From a virus, in UHGV virus genome UHGV-0140088: 17,862 nucleotides of DNA. One strand, written 5' to 3'. The first letter of the stretch is position 1; every line of letters starts with the position of its first letter. The position numbers and the translations under genes were made by a program. Positions 1-8,200 of this stretch are shown here, piece after piece. The notes beneath the pieces were generated by a model that searched no databases, was not told where the DNA came from, and saw only the letters and a program-made list of their open reading frames with translations.

Positions 1-851
1 AGTGGGAATATGAATTCAAAGGCAACCGTGCTGAATCTCAAGGTTCTTCCAAAGACAAAACCCGTCTTGCATTTGCAGGCCTGAAATTTGGTGATTACGG
101 CTCAATCGATTACGGCCGTAACTACGGTGTAGCATACGACATCGGTGCGTGGACTGACGTTCTGCCAGAATTCGGTGGTGATACCTGGACCCAAACAGAT
201 GTGTTCATGACTGGTCGCACTACTGGTGTTGCAACTTATCGTAACAACGACTTCTTTGGTCTGGTCGATGGCCTGAACTTTGCTGCTCAGTATCAGGGTA
301 AAAATGACCGCACTGACGTAACTGAAGCCAATGGTGATGGTTTCGGTTTCTCCACTACTTATGAGTATGAAGGATTCGGCGTGGGTGCAACCTATGCTAA
401 ATCAGATCGCACTGACGGTCAGGTCGCCTATGGTAAGAGCAAATTCAATGCCTCCGGCAAAAATGCGGAAGTATGGGCTGCAGGCCTGAAATATGATGCG
501 AACAATATCTATCTGGCTACCACATATTCTGAAACTCAGAATATGACCGTTTTTGGTAATAACCATATTGCAAACAAAGCACAAAACTTTGAAGCAGTAG
601 CACAATATCAGTTTGACTTCGGTCTGCGTCCATCTGTTGCTTACCTTCAGTCAAAAGGTAAAGACCTTGGTGTTCATGGTGACCGAGACTTAGTCAAGTA
701 TGTCGATGTCGGTGCTACTTACTACTTTAATAAAAACATGTCCACTTTTGTTGATTACAAAATCAACTTAATTGACGATAGTAAGTTTACCAAAACAGCT
801 GGTATTGATACCGACGACATCGTCGCTGTAGGTCTGGTTTATCAGTTCTAA
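1..851 (+). CDS. OmpC/NmpC-family general porin, 5'-truncated by the window edge; prophage-borne
   Basis: Open frame runs from position 3 to the stop at 849-851. Translation is beta-barrel porin-like with alternating aromatic/Gly-rich strands and the C-terminal ...VGLVYQF ending typical of enterobacterial porins. It lies directly beyond Q on the opposite strand, as nmpC does in DLP12. Confidence 0.85.
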   Translation, partial: WEYEFKGNRAESQGSSKDKTRLAFAGLKFGDYGSIDYGRNYGVAYDIGAWTDVLPEFGGDTWTQTDVFMTGRTTGVATYRNNDFFGLVDGLNFAAQYQGKNDRTDVTEANGDGFGFSTTYEYEGFGVGATYAKSDRTDGQVAYGKSKFNASGKNAEVWAAGLKYDANNIYLATTYSETQNMTVFGNNHIANKAQNFEAVAQYQFDFGLRPSVAYLQSKGKDLGVHGDRDLVKYVDVGATYYFNKNMSTFVDYKINLIDDSKFTKTAGIDTDDIVAVGLVYQF

Positions 852-868
852 TCTGACTTACGAAAAAG

Positions 869-902
869 ATATGTTGCGGGAGGCTTTGCCTCCGCAACAT
901 AT
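869..902 (-). terminator. Long near-perfect hairpin with a T-tract on the minus-strand side; candidate tR'-like terminator for transcripts from the Q region
   Basis: Inverted repeat atatgttgcgggaggc / gcctccgcaacatat with one bulged G. On the minus strand the stem is followed by CTTTTTCG. Confidence 0.45.
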
Positions 903-989
903 AAGTGGAGCCCTCAAGCCACTTCCTTTAGAAGCACTACCTTGCTTCTTACTATATAAACCTTCTGTTATATATTACCCTTTATTTTG

Positions 990-1014
990 GGGGCGTTTCC
1001 ACGCCCCATTTTTA
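990..1014 (+). terminator. Rho-independent terminator downstream of the porin gene
   Basis: 7-bp GC-rich stem (ggggcgt/acgcccc) with 4-nt loop ttcc, followed by ATTTTT on the plus strand. Confidence 0.7.
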
Positions 1015-1039
1015 ATAACTTTTAGTAAACAATTGCATA

Positions 1040-1423
1040 TCAATTAGAATTATTAGCAACGATATCCATATCTAACCGGATATCTAATGCCATTAACATC
1101 CCTTCAATTATGCCCTCAGCCTTCTGTAACCTTTTCCCGATATAACCATCCGAGCAGCAATGCTTACTTGCCAGTGACATGAATGTCATACCACATACAT
1201 AATAATCTACTAATAAATCGTGTAAATCGCTGTTGTTCTTTTTCAGACGGGCCATGCACCCGCAAATGATCATCGCGTCATCGTCACAACATTGCGGGCG
1301 AGATTTTACTTTTGAAGGAATTAATCCCTTAAAACCGGCGGCAATGGACGACCAGGTCACATCTTCATGATTATTAGCCGCCCACGCACCCCAACGCTCA
1401 AGAACCATCTGAATATCACGCAT
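1040..1423 (-). CDS. Q: Late-gene antiterminator Q (QuuD/phage-82-type)
   Basis: 127-aa product starting [18 protein letters not shown] with a Cys-rich central region ([12 protein letters not shown]...HCC), which I recall as the DLP12 QuuD-type Q sequence. ATG at 1423 has GGAG 7 nt upstream; the track start at 1438 is a TTG extension. Confidence 0.8.
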   Translation of the reverse strand: MRDIQMVLERWGAWAANNHEDVTWSSIAAGFKGLIPSKVKSRPQCCDDDAMIICGCMARLKKNNSDLHDLLVDYYVCGMTFMSLASKHCCSDGYIGKRLQKAEGIIEGMLMALDIRLDMDIVANNSN

Positions 1424-1645
1424 CAACTTACTCCACAAAAATCAGACCAGAACGCCAATTACAAGCAAAAATCAACAAAACAGTATTAGTTGATTGTTAT
1501 CTCTGACTTCATACTCCTGTTCCTGTCAGGGTTTTGGCGTAATTCTTCAGTATTCGGTAATCGGTCAAAACAGAACCGAGGAAACGATATAAGCGCAGAC
1601 GCCCCCAGCGGTGGCGAAGAAGTTCTGCCATATTAAACTCAAACA

Positions 1646-2008
1646 TCATTCATTCCCCATTTCGGTGATGGTCAGTTCCAGCCTCCCACCTTTGGTAACA
1701 GGCATCTTCACAACGCGGTAATCAACGACCTGAGCATCATCCAGCCAGAAACCTGCTTTAGTGAGTGCGTCAAAAGCGGCTTTTTGCAGATTATCCAGGT
1801 CACGGCGACGGCGATCCGGCATGTGGCACTCAATGCGGATTTTCACAGGCATAGCCAGGCCGATATCCAGCATTGCGTTTTTAATGATTCGGGCGACGTT
1901 ATCGCGGTATGCCTGCCCCTCTGCGCTGACGTGCGTGCGCCCGCGATTATGGCGGTAATAGCGATTATTGCTCGGAGGCCAGGGTAATGTGATGCTGTAG
2001 GTATTCAC
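1646..2008 (-). CDS. rusA: RusA Holliday-junction resolvase
   Basis: 120-aa product [23 protein letters not shown]... matches RusA as recalled. GTG start with a GAGGGGG RBS; the start overlaps the upstream remnant frame's stop (GTGA). Confidence 0.9.
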   Translation of the reverse strand: MNTYSITLPWPPSNNRYYRHNRGRTHVSAEGQAYRDNVARIIKNAMLDIGLAMPVKIRIECHMPDRRRRDLDNLQKAAFDALTKAGFWLDDAQVVDYRVVKMPVTKGGRLELTITEMGNE

Positions 2009-2133
2009 GCCTTAATAACCCCCTCTTTCAGCCACATAACCTGTGTTCTCGCCATACCTTCCAGCGCGCATTCTTTTGCATATGCAGCATCGACTTGCTT
2101 GGCATGCCCTTTACCGGCAATCTTCTGTATGCG
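2005..2133 (-). pseudogene. Truncated remnant of a ybcO-like (DUF1364) nin-region gene
   Basis: A second minus-strand frame encodes ...[32 protein letters not shown], ending in a GTGA overlap with rusA. This resembles only the C-terminal ~30 aa of DLP12 YbcO as I recall it. An in-frame TAG lies ~40 codons upstream and no intact N-terminal part is present. Confidence 0.3.
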
Positions 2134-2214
2134 CTAAACCTAGATAGAATCCACTCTGTGCACATTGAAGCCCGCTCTATGCTTTCTTTCAGGTATTGAA
2201 GGGATTGAGATGGG

Positions 2215-2556
2215 CTAAGCATTATTGGCCTCCTGCATCAGGAGAAAGACAATCATGGCGGCGCGGAGAGGTCTGGTATCAAATATTGGGCTTACGCCTT
2301 TTGCATCCACACACCATTCAGTTAACTGGTCTAAGATAGAAATCCTGTATTTCTCAATAATCGGCCATGAAGCGCTCGGATCATTGCAGTAGTCAGGCAA
2401 ATGATTTAATGGCTCAAAAGTTGTATCAGCATTTCCGTAATACCATTTGTTGGTGTTATTCCCTGATGTTTCCGGTTTACTTGCCCAAAGGCCTTTAAAA
2501 ATTATGTCTCCTACCATTCTGTTAATTTCAAAATCACTTAACTGTGAATAATCCAT
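2215..2556 (-). CDS. Hypothetical nin-region protein
   Basis: 113 aa from the ATG at 2556 ([20 protein letters not shown]...), with GAGGAAA upstream. Position is between ninB and rusA. The track start at 2598 is a possible N-terminal extension. Confidence 0.5.
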   Translation of the reverse strand: MDYSQLSDFEINRMVGDIIFKGLWASKPETSGNNTNKWYYGNADTTFEPLNHLPDYCNDPSASWPIIEKYRISILDQLTEWCVDAKGVSPIFDTRPLRAAMIVFLLMQEANNA

Positions 2557-2731
2557 TGTCATTTCCTCGCACGATATCTTAGCCACCGGATATCCCACAG
2601 GTGGGCTGTGTAATTGAAGGTTTTTACGTCAGATTCTTTTGGGATTAGCTTGCGTTTATTTCTGGAGCGTTTCGTTGGAAGGTATTTGCAGTTTTCGCAG
2701 ATTATGTCGGTGAAACTTCGTCGCTGTCGTC

Positions 2732-3142
2732 TCATTCGTACCTCATGTCGGTAAATCTGACACCCTGACCAATAGCCCAGGCTGTTGTGTACTCGATCAG
2801 ACTTGCCATACGCTTCACGCTCATCTGCGCGCTGCTTTCGCGAATGTTGACGTATTCGCCTTCAAGGCCGGGTAAAACATCAGCTTCCTGCTTTGTTGCC
2901 ACTGCATGACCGCTGATCAACAAAACCTTCCATTGTTCCGGTTTTAACCATTTGCCGCACCATTGAACCTGACGAGCGATATCCGCCAGCATCACGTGAA
3001 ATTTTGCGTTCTGGTCAAGGTTGCGCTTGTAGTCAGTAATGCGGATGGTGACTGGCTTGTCTTTATCGAGTGGTGTTGCGAGGATGGCATTTATTGCGGC
3101 TTGCTGTTGTTGCTTAGTTCGGAGGAAGATTGTTTGCTTCAT
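2732..3142 (-). CDS. ninB: NinB/Orf-family recombination mediator
   Basis: 136-aa product with NinB-like layout (…[37 protein letters not shown]…), similar to lambda NinB as recalled, in the expected position downstream of the replication genes. Confidence 0.7.
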   Translation of the reverse strand: MKQTIFLRTKQQQQAAINAILATPLDKDKPVTIRITDYKRNLDQNAKFHVMLADIARQVQWCGKWLKPEQWKVLLISGHAVATKQEADVLPGLEGEYVNIRESSAQMSVKRMASLIEYTTAWAIGQGVRFTDMRYE

Positions 3143-3476
3143 CGAAATTCTTCTCTTTAATTCCAGCGGCTCTGATAGCTTTCATTACTGCAATTACCGT
3201 TTTGTCACGCCCATCCTCATAACCCATCGCATAAGCACCTTCTTCACCATCTTTCCAAAAGTCGTCATTCGATTCTGGCCAGTCGATATCCAGTTCAATA
3301 GCTGCTCGCGATGCCTGCCACGTTTGCCAGTGGCCTTGAACATCGTCCATCACGTATTGACCACCAATATCACCACTGCCAATTTCATGGTGATTTTCAG
3401 GGTAACGGATAAGGTCTGATGATTCGCCTCCACGTCGCAACCAACTTTCTTCAAACTGCTTTCTTGATTCGTCCAT
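3114..3476 (-). CDS. Hypothetical acidic phage protein
   Basis: 120-aa ORF overlapping the ninB start by 29 bp; Trp/Asp/Glu-rich; no recognisable motif. Confidence 0.45.
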   Translation of the reverse strand: MDESRKQFEESWLRRGGESSDLIRYPENHHEIGSGDIGGQYVMDDVQGHWQTWQASRAAIELDIDWPESNDDFWKDGEEGAYAMGYEDGRDKTVIAVMKAIRAAGIKEKNFDEANNLPPN

Positions 3477-3493
3477 CGATACTTACCCTCAGT

Positions 3494-3700
3494 TCAACTC
3501 ACAAAACGCCACGCCACTTTTGCTACGACAACAGGCATAACACCGATAATCACCCACAGGAAAATGCTACCGAAAAGCACACCCACCGGGTCTTTACCTT
3601 CGCCTACCAACCGGACAAAACTGCTGGCAACAACAATGAACGTCGCCACCATCCACATGGCACCGAGAATCCTCAATGCAGAGAAAATCAACTCAACCAC
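3494..3700 (-). CDS. Small hydrophobic (two-TM) membrane protein
   Basis: 68-aa ORF with two long hydrophobic stretches (ILGAMWMVATFIVVASSFV and VLFGSIFLWVIIGVMPVVVA). Confidence 0.4.
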   Translation of the reverse strand: MVELIFSALRILGAMWMVATFIVVASSFVRLVGEGKDPVGVLFGSIFLWVIIGVMPVVVAKVAWRFVS

Positions 3701-3775
3701 GATTTACCCTCCCCCAAATAAAAAGGCCTGCGATTACCAGCAGGCCTGTTATTAGCTCAGTGATGTAGATGGTCA

Positions 3776-5212
3776 TCAGAATCCTCCTTTCTTCTTGGAC
3801 TGCGGTTCCTCGCGTTCACGTCGGCGCATTTCAGCAGACTGTTGGTCTGTGTCATAAATAGCGCCATTTGCCTGAATGCAATACACCGTGCCGGTATTGC
3901 CATGACGATTGAGACGAAGGATTAGTTCGGTTTCACCAGGTGGAACACTGTCATCAAAAGCGCCTTCACGATGGATCCCAACCCAATAATCGCAATCCTG
4001 TTCAATCTGCCCTGTATCTCGTGAGTCACTTGGTAATGGGCGTTTATTGGTTCGGCTTTCCAGTGCGCGGTTAAGCTGCGTCAGAAGCACAACAACGCAA
4101 TCAAGCTCTTTGGCAAGGTTCTTCAGTCCTTTGGTGATCATGCCGTAAGCAAGGTCGTTGCGATCGGCCTTCTCAGCGGTCATTAGTGTCAGGTAATCGA
4201 CCAGAATCATGCCAACACATCCTTTTTCTCGCTTGATTCGACGGCTTTCGCTGACGATTTGAGCCAGAGATAATCCCGGCGTGTCGTCGATGTAAAGCAT
4301 GTCGATTTCACTCAAGCGATTAGCTGTTTCGATCGCCCTGTTGAAGTCACCATCGTAATCACCCTGATAGCCGTCATCAGCGTCATTTGTCGCCGGAAGG
4401 TAAAAAATATTCGGGTTAACACCAGACTTCTGCCCTACCAGTTTTTCCAGTATCTGATCACCTGGCATTTCAAGGCTGAACATCAAAGCGGGCTTTTTCT
4501 CATGCACTGCGCAATTGATTGCCATCTGGCTGTATAGCGTCGTTTTCCCCATCTTAGGGCGAGCGCCAATGACAAACAGAGAGCCTTTCACCAGGCCTTT
4601 CGGTGACAGCATCCTGTCCAGCGATGGGATCCCTGTGCTCATTCCTCGTTGTTCGCCTGACGGATCAAATCGCTTCTCAAGGTCGCTAACCCAGTCTTCC
4701 ATGACCTCACCAAATGAGCGAAGGCCGCGACGCGATCCGGTTTTTGCATGGTCTGTCAGTTGCGTGAAAATCGCCTGAATAGCTTCGTACTTCTGCGTTG
4801 CAGTCATTCCGTTGCGGGAATAGAGCAATTCCGTCGCTTCAGTCATGCGGTTGATGGCGTAGCGTTCCATTGCGGTTTCACGAACCTGCATTGCATAGGC
4901 AACGATGTTTGCTGCGCTTGGCGTGTTCTTTGCGATCTCAGCGATATAAGCAAAACCGCCAACAGACGCCGTTAACGATTTACGCTCCAGTTCATCGAAA
5001 AGCGTCAGGCCATCTACTGGCTTTTGCTCCCGGTGCATTCTGGTTATCTCTTCGAAAAGGATTTTGTGTGGTCGGCTGTAAAATGAATCAGGCTTCAGCA
5101 TCGCCAGAACTTTCTGGACGCGCTCACTGCTGTCATCATCCAGAAGCAATCCACCAATCACCGCCTGCTCTGCCTCGATGCTATGGGGCGGCGCATAAAA
5201 ATTATCGGTCAT
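3776..5212 (-). CDS. Replicative DNA helicase, DnaB family (P22 gene 12-like)
   Basis: 478 aa from the ATG at 5212 (GAGGGTG RBS; 7 bp after the O stop). Walker A GARPKMGKT, Walker B-like ILVDYLTLM, and an N-terminal DnaB-like domain (IEAEQAVIGGLLLD). Confidence 0.9.
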   Translation of the reverse strand: MTDNFYAPPHSIEAEQAVIGGLLLDDDSSERVQKVLAMLKPDSFYSRPHKILFEEITRMHREQKPVDGLTLFDELERKSLTASVGGFAYIAEIAKNTPSAANIVAYAMQVRETAMERYAINRMTEATELLYSRNGMTATQKYEAIQAIFTQLTDHAKTGSRRGLRSFGEVMEDWVSDLEKRFDPSGEQRGMSTGIPSLDRMLSPKGLVKGSLFVIGARPKMGKTTLYSQMAINCAVHEKKPALMFSLEMPGDQILEKLVGQKSGVNPNIFYLPATNDADDGYQGDYDGDFNRAIETANRLSEIDMLYIDDTPGLSLAQIVSESRRIKREKGCVGMILVDYLTLMTAEKADRNDLAYGMITKGLKNLAKELDCVVVLLTQLNRALESRTNKRPLPSDSRDTGQIEQDCDYWVGIHREGAFDDSVPPGETELILRLNRHGNTGTVYCIQANGAIYDTDQQSAEMRRREREEPQSKKKGGF

Positions 5213-6092
5213 CGTGTTCACCCTCACGAACTTTCAGGTAGGTATTGTCGTTAAGCAGGAAATCAAATCCCTTTTTGTGCCAGACGGTTCCGCGTTGATG
5301 GTTTGGGCGTTCTTCGAACATCCATCGGCAATTTTCGCCTACGTAGCTCAAATAATTTCTCCAGTCCTGCATCGTGAACCCATGCCCGTCAAGCTGGCGG
5401 GTTATCACTCCGGCTTTGCGCCAGAACGTTCGGATCTGGTTTTTACGCTTGTCATTCAGTGCGCGGATTCTTGGCGCTTCAGGAAGGATTTCGTGGTAAG
5501 CATCGACAACATCCTGACAGCTAACGGAAGGTTTTTTCTTGTCAGACTTTTTGTCTGCTGTGGCACTCTCTAATACGTCAGTATTAGAGATATTATTTAT
5601 ATTATTGTTTATGGACAACCGTTGGACAACCGTTGGACAATCTCCGCTGAGAGCCGCGCCATTACTGGTGTTTGCGTTGGACAACCGTTGGACAACCGTT
5701 GGACAATTTTTTGCCTGAAAATCGTCATATTTAACGATTGTAAACAGGCTAAATTTCTTCCCCATCGAGCAAATATTAAGCATCCCTTTCGACTCAAAAG
5801 TCCGTAATAAGCTCCGAACTTTGTTGTCGGGGATGAATGTTTCTCTGACCAGCGACGGGCGTCCAGTTATCATCTGACCGCGATCAACAGTTATCGGACC
5901 GATATCCGTATTGACGACAGTAGATTCGTGATTAGCCTTGAGGATTAAGTGAAGCCAAAGATGTACTGCCTGAGAGTCCTTATAGAGTCTGCTGTCCATA
6001 AACTGGCGGTGTATAGAGACATACCCCATACTGGATGCCTCCTGATGTTGTACAGGGTTATGCCTGTAATCAGCTAACTTAACGACGCCCAT
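5202..6092 (-). CDS. Replication initiator, lambda O / P22 gene 18-like, containing the origin iterons
   Basis: The ORF contains tandem iterons encoding the repeated peptide CPTVVQRLS, with a winged-helix-like N-terminal region. Position is between cII and the helicase. Alternative ATG at 6029 with AGGAGG upstream. Confidence 0.7.
   Translation of the reverse strand: MGVVKLADYRHNPVQHQEASSMGYVSIHRQFMDSRLYKDSQAVHLWLHLILKANHESTVVNTDIGPITVDRGQMITGRPSLVRETFIPDNKVRSLLRTFESKGMLNICSMGKKFSLFTIVKYDDFQAKNCPTVVQRLSNANTSNGAALSGDCPTVVQRLSINNNINNISNTDVLESATADKKSDKKKPSVSCQDVVDAYHEILPEAPRIRALNDKRKNQIRTFWRKAGVITRQLDGHGFTMQDWRNYLSYVGENCRWMFEERPNHQRGTVWHKKGFDFLLNDNTYLKVREGEHDDR
5612..5706. repeat. Phage replication origin iterons: two clusters of the 11-bp unit GGACAACCGTT, flanked by an AT-rich tract (5585-5610)
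   Basis: tggacaaccgttggacaaccgttggacaa at 5612-5640 and ttggacaaccgttggacaaccgttggacaa at 5687-5706; the adjacent atattatttatattattgtttat tract is AT-rich. All lie inside the O-like gene, as in lambda ori. Confidence 0.75.
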
Positions 6093-6240
6093 GTTTCACT
6101 CCTGCTTTGGCTAGTCTGTAAACACCAACAAGGCGCTCTGCGAACGCCCTGTTATTTGCTGCGGCTACCACTAATCCCTCAGGTGAATCAGGGTGTCGAA
6201 TCTCTTCTTTTTCCTGGTATTTCTTACGACGTTTTGTCAT
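6079..6240 (-). CDS. Possible small basic ORF (53 aa) between cII and O
   Basis: ATG at 6240, product MTKRRKKYQEKEEIRHPDSPEGLVVAAANNRAFAERLVGVYRLAKAGVKHGRR; the stop overlaps the O start region. Below the track length cutoff; coding status uncertain. Confidence 0.25.
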   Translation of the reverse strand: MTKRRKKYQEKEEIRHPDSPEGLVVAAANNRAFAERLVGVYRLAKAGVKHGRR

Positions 6241-6274
6241 AATGACTCCTGTGGATTGATCCAGTCTTTCTACA

Positions 6275-6553
6275 TCAGGCCTCGAAGAATTCGCCGTTCT
6301 TCGGGGCTTTTTCTTTTGTCAGCATTCTGGCTACTTTCTTAGCCAGTTCCGCCAACTCCTCGTCTTCAACACCCCATTCAAGAACAGCCAGAAGCATTCC
6401 CATTTTTGGGATAAAGCTGTCTTTCCATCGCGAAATTTGCGATTCATTAATCCCTAACGCATCAGCAACCTTTCGCTGACCACGTACAGCAATTCGATTC
6501 AGGATGTTGCTTGTAATTGCATTCGCTTTCTTGCGAGTACTTGTAAGTTCCAT
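6275..6553 (-). CDS. cII: CII-type lysogeny activator (P22 C1-like)
   Basis: 92 aa from the ATG at 6553 (MELTSTRKKANAITSNILNRIA...). Contains the HTH and the ...SQISRWK...MLLAVLEWGV... block shared with lambda CII. The track ORF extending to 6640 runs across nutR and is rejected. Confidence 0.8.
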   Translation of the reverse strand: MELTSTRKKANAITSNILNRIAVRGQRKVADALGINESQISRWKDSFIPKMGMLLAVLEWGVEDEELAELAKKVARMLTKEKAPKNGEFFEA

Positions 6554-6610
6554 ATGTAAGTATTTCCTTAACAAATAAGAAGTTATGCGCATCAACTTAT
6601 GCGCGTTGTA

Positions 6611-6654
6611 TTCCCGCATTTCGGCGGGAATGAGGACCATGACTGTTAAAGAGC
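6611..6654 (-). promoter_or_regulatory. nutR: boxA (GCTCTTTAACA) plus boxB hairpin (TCCCGCCGAAATGCGGGA)
   Basis: Minus-strand sequence between the cro stop and cII carries a boxA consensus-like element followed ~13 nt later by a 6-bp stem-loop identical to the one at nutL. Confidence 0.6.
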
Positions 6655-6661
6655 AATTTGC

Positions 6662-6847
6662 TTATGCCGCTTTGCGGTAAGCGCTTTCTTGATACTTCAG
6701 GGCGCCAGCTGTAACGACTTCCAGTCGATAGGCGTCTTTCTCTGGGATGACTTCCTTCCACTGAGAGACTGCTGCGTCGCTAATGCCTAACGCTTTAGCT
6801 ACAGCACGCTGGGTTCCGAAGTGGTCGATAACATCTTTCTTGTACAT
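6662..6847 (-). CDS. cro: Cro repressor (P22 Cro-like)
   Basis: 61-aa product MYKKDVIDHFGTQRAVAKALGISDAAVSQWKEV... with an HTH, divergent from the repressor gene across the operator region. Confidence 0.85.
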   Translation of the reverse strand: MYKKDVIDHFGTQRAVAKALGISDAAVSQWKEVIPEKDAYRLEVVTAGALKYQESAYRKAA

Positions 6848-6861
6848 AGACTCGCTCCGAA

Positions 6862-6927
6862 ATTAAAGAACACTTAAATTATCCACTAAAGGAATCTTAA
6901 GTCAAGTTTATTTAAGATGTCTTAACT
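6862..6927. promoter_or_regulatory. OR operator region with three 18-bp near-palindromic operators and divergent PR/PRM
   Basis: Operators ATTAAAGAACACTTAAAT (6862-6879), ACTAAAGGAATCTTAAGT (6885-6902) and ATTTAAGATGTCTTAACT (6910-6927). On the minus strand, TTGACT (6900-6905), a 17-bp spacer and ATAATT (6877-6882) form a PR-like promoter towards cro. Confidence 0.7.
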
Positions 6928-7578
6928 ATGAAAACTCAATTGATGGGAGAGCGCATTCGCGCTCGGAGAAAAGAACTCAAGATCAGGCAGGCCGCACTTG
7001 GAAAGATGGTCGGCGTGTCTAATGTTGCCATATCTCAGTGGGAACGCTCTGAGACAGAGCCAAATGGAGAGAATCTTCTCGCCCTGGCTAATGCGTTGAA
7101 GTGTTCCCCTGACTATCTGATGAAAGGAGAGGAAAGTCTTTCAAACATTGCCTATCACAGTAGGCATGATCCAAGAGGGTCATACCCTCTGATTAGCTGG
7201 GTGAGCGCAGGATGCTGGATGGAAGCTGTAGAACCATATCATAAGCGTGCAATAGATAACTGGTACGATACAACCGTAGACTGTTCAGACGATTCGTTTT
7301 GGTTGGACGTGAAGGGAGACTCAATGACGGCTCCGGCCGGTCTCAGTATCCCTGAAGGAATGATAATACTCGTCGATCCTGAAGTAGAGCCGCGTAACGG
7401 GAAACTGGTAGTTGCAAAGCTCGAAGGAGAAAACGAGGCAACTTTCAAGAAGTTAGTTATTGATGCAGGCAGGAAGTTTCTAAAACCACTTAACCCACAA
7501 TATCCGATGATCGAGATCAACGGGAACTGCAAAATCATCGGCGTAGTTGTCGATGCAAAACTAGCAAACCTTCCATAA
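6928..7578 (+). CDS. c2: Prophage repressor, CI/C2 type (HTH plus S24 LexA-like autopeptidase)
   Basis: 216-aa product with an N-terminal HTH (LKIRQAALGKMVGVSNVAISQWE) and C-terminal S24 motifs (GDSM, Ala-Gly cleavage site, Lys). Closely resembles P22 C2 as recalled. Confidence 0.9.
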   Translation: MKTQLMGERIRARRKELKIRQAALGKMVGVSNVAISQWERSETEPNGENLLALANALKCSPDYLMKGEESLSNIAYHSRHDPRGSYPLISWVSAGCWMEAVEPYHKRAIDNWYDTTVDCSDDSFWLDVKGDSMTAPAGLSIPEGMIILVDPEVEPRNGKLVVAKLEGENEATFKKLVIDAGRKFLKPLNPQYPMIEINGNCKIIGVVVDAKLANLP

Positions 7579-7579
7579 G

Positions 7580-7602
7580 GGGGCATTCGCCCCTTTTTTT
7601 TA
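7580..7602 (+). terminator. Rho-independent terminator after the repressor gene
   Basis: GGGGC/GCCCC 5-bp stem with loop ATTC, followed by 9 consecutive T. Confidence 0.8.
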
Positions 7603-7639
7603 TTTCCTTTAAAAATCAAAGCCAAACTTAAGTTACGAA

Positions 7640-7698
7640 AGAAAATTTAAGTTTTCTTCAAAAATACTCTTGACCATTAATTAAAGAGATCTTAAATT
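7640..7698 (+). promoter_or_regulatory. OL/PL region: PL-like promoter overlapped by an 18-bp operator
   Basis: TTGACC (7670-7675), 17-bp spacer, TAAATT (7693-7698). Operator ATTAAAGAGATCTTAAAT (7680-7697) is a near-perfect palindrome matching the OR operators. An additional 16-bp palindrome GAAAATTTAAGTTTTC lies at 7640-7655. Confidence 0.6.
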
Positions 7699-7744
7699 TA
7701 AGCCATCAGCAGGACGCTGGTAGCCAAACGGAACAGATTGGCAG

Positions 7745-7785
7745 GCTCTTTAACATTGATGGGATTGTCCCGCCGAAATGCGGGA
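7745..7785 (+). promoter_or_regulatory. nutL: boxA (GCTCTTTAACA) plus boxB hairpin
   Basis: boxA at 7745-7755 and stem-loop TCCCGCCGAAATGCGGGA at 7768-7785, the same sequence as at nutR, upstream of the N-like gene. Confidence 0.6.
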
Positions 7786-7892
7786 ACCAAAGAGTAGTTG
7801 GCTTTGGGGTGACGTGAAGTGCAGCTGCACGACGGCAACCGGAAGATAAGCACCCGGCGCGTCACCGCCAAAGTCAATCATCGGAGGTCAAC

Positions 7893-8192
7893 ATGACAGT
7901 AGTCATTACATATCTGGCTGACGATAACGCCAGAAATCGCCGCAGAGCACGCAGACAGGCTCAACGTGAACAGGCAATGCAAGAGCAGCGACTGGCGCGA
8001 AAAATTGCGCTAAAGCTCTCTGGTTGCGTCAGAGCAGATAAAGCAGCATCGCTCGGAAGCCTTCGCTGCAAGAAGGCAGAAGAAGTCGAGCGTAAACAGA
8101 ACCGTATTTACTACCGCAAGCCACGCAGTGAAATGGGTGTGACTTGTGTTGGTCGCCAGAAAATGAAATTAGGCAGCAAACCACTTATTTGA
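7893..8192 (+). CDS. N: N-like transcription antiterminator
   Basis: 99-aa basic protein with an arginine-rich motif near the N-terminus (NARNRRRARRQAQREQ). First gene of the PL operon, downstream of nutL. Confidence 0.6.
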   Translation: MTVVITYLADDNARNRRRARRQAQREQAMQEQRLARKIALKLSGCVRADKAASLGSLRCKKAEEVERKQNRIYYRKPRSEMGVTCVGRQKMKLGSKPLI

Positions 8193-8200
8193 GGTGATAT

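Noticed and set aside
402-605. Minus-strand 67-aa ORF inside the porin gene
   Set aside because: Antisense to a clearly coding porin frame; no start context.
1761-1987. Plus-strand ORFs inside rusA
   Set aside because: Antisense to rusA; Arg-rich products typical of reverse-frame GC-rich sequence.
4515-5241. Plus-strand ORFs 4515-4778, 4748-4975 and 4870-5241
   Set aside because: They are antisense to the well-supported DnaB-like helicase gene, with no RBS and Arg/Ser-rich low-complexity translations.
5609-5807. Short ORFs 5609-5797 (-) and 5622-5807 (+) in the iteron region
   Set aside because: These are frame artefacts of the ori repeats inside the O-like gene, not independent genes.
6585-6604. 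TTATGCGC direct repeat and hairpin between nutR and cII as a tR1 terminator
   Set aside because: Only a 5-bp stem with an 8-nt loop and a weak U-tract. It may be a rho-dependent site, but the sequence alone cannot support the call.
6554-6640. N-terminal extension of the cII ORF as given in the track (6275-6640)
   Set aside because: The extension runs across the nutR boxA/boxB elements and the cro stop region. An internal ATG at 6553 with an AAGGAAA RBS gives the conserved MELTSTRKK start.
7239-7625. Minus-strand 128-aa ORF across the repressor gene
   Set aside because: Antisense to the c2 repressor; runs through the c2 terminator.
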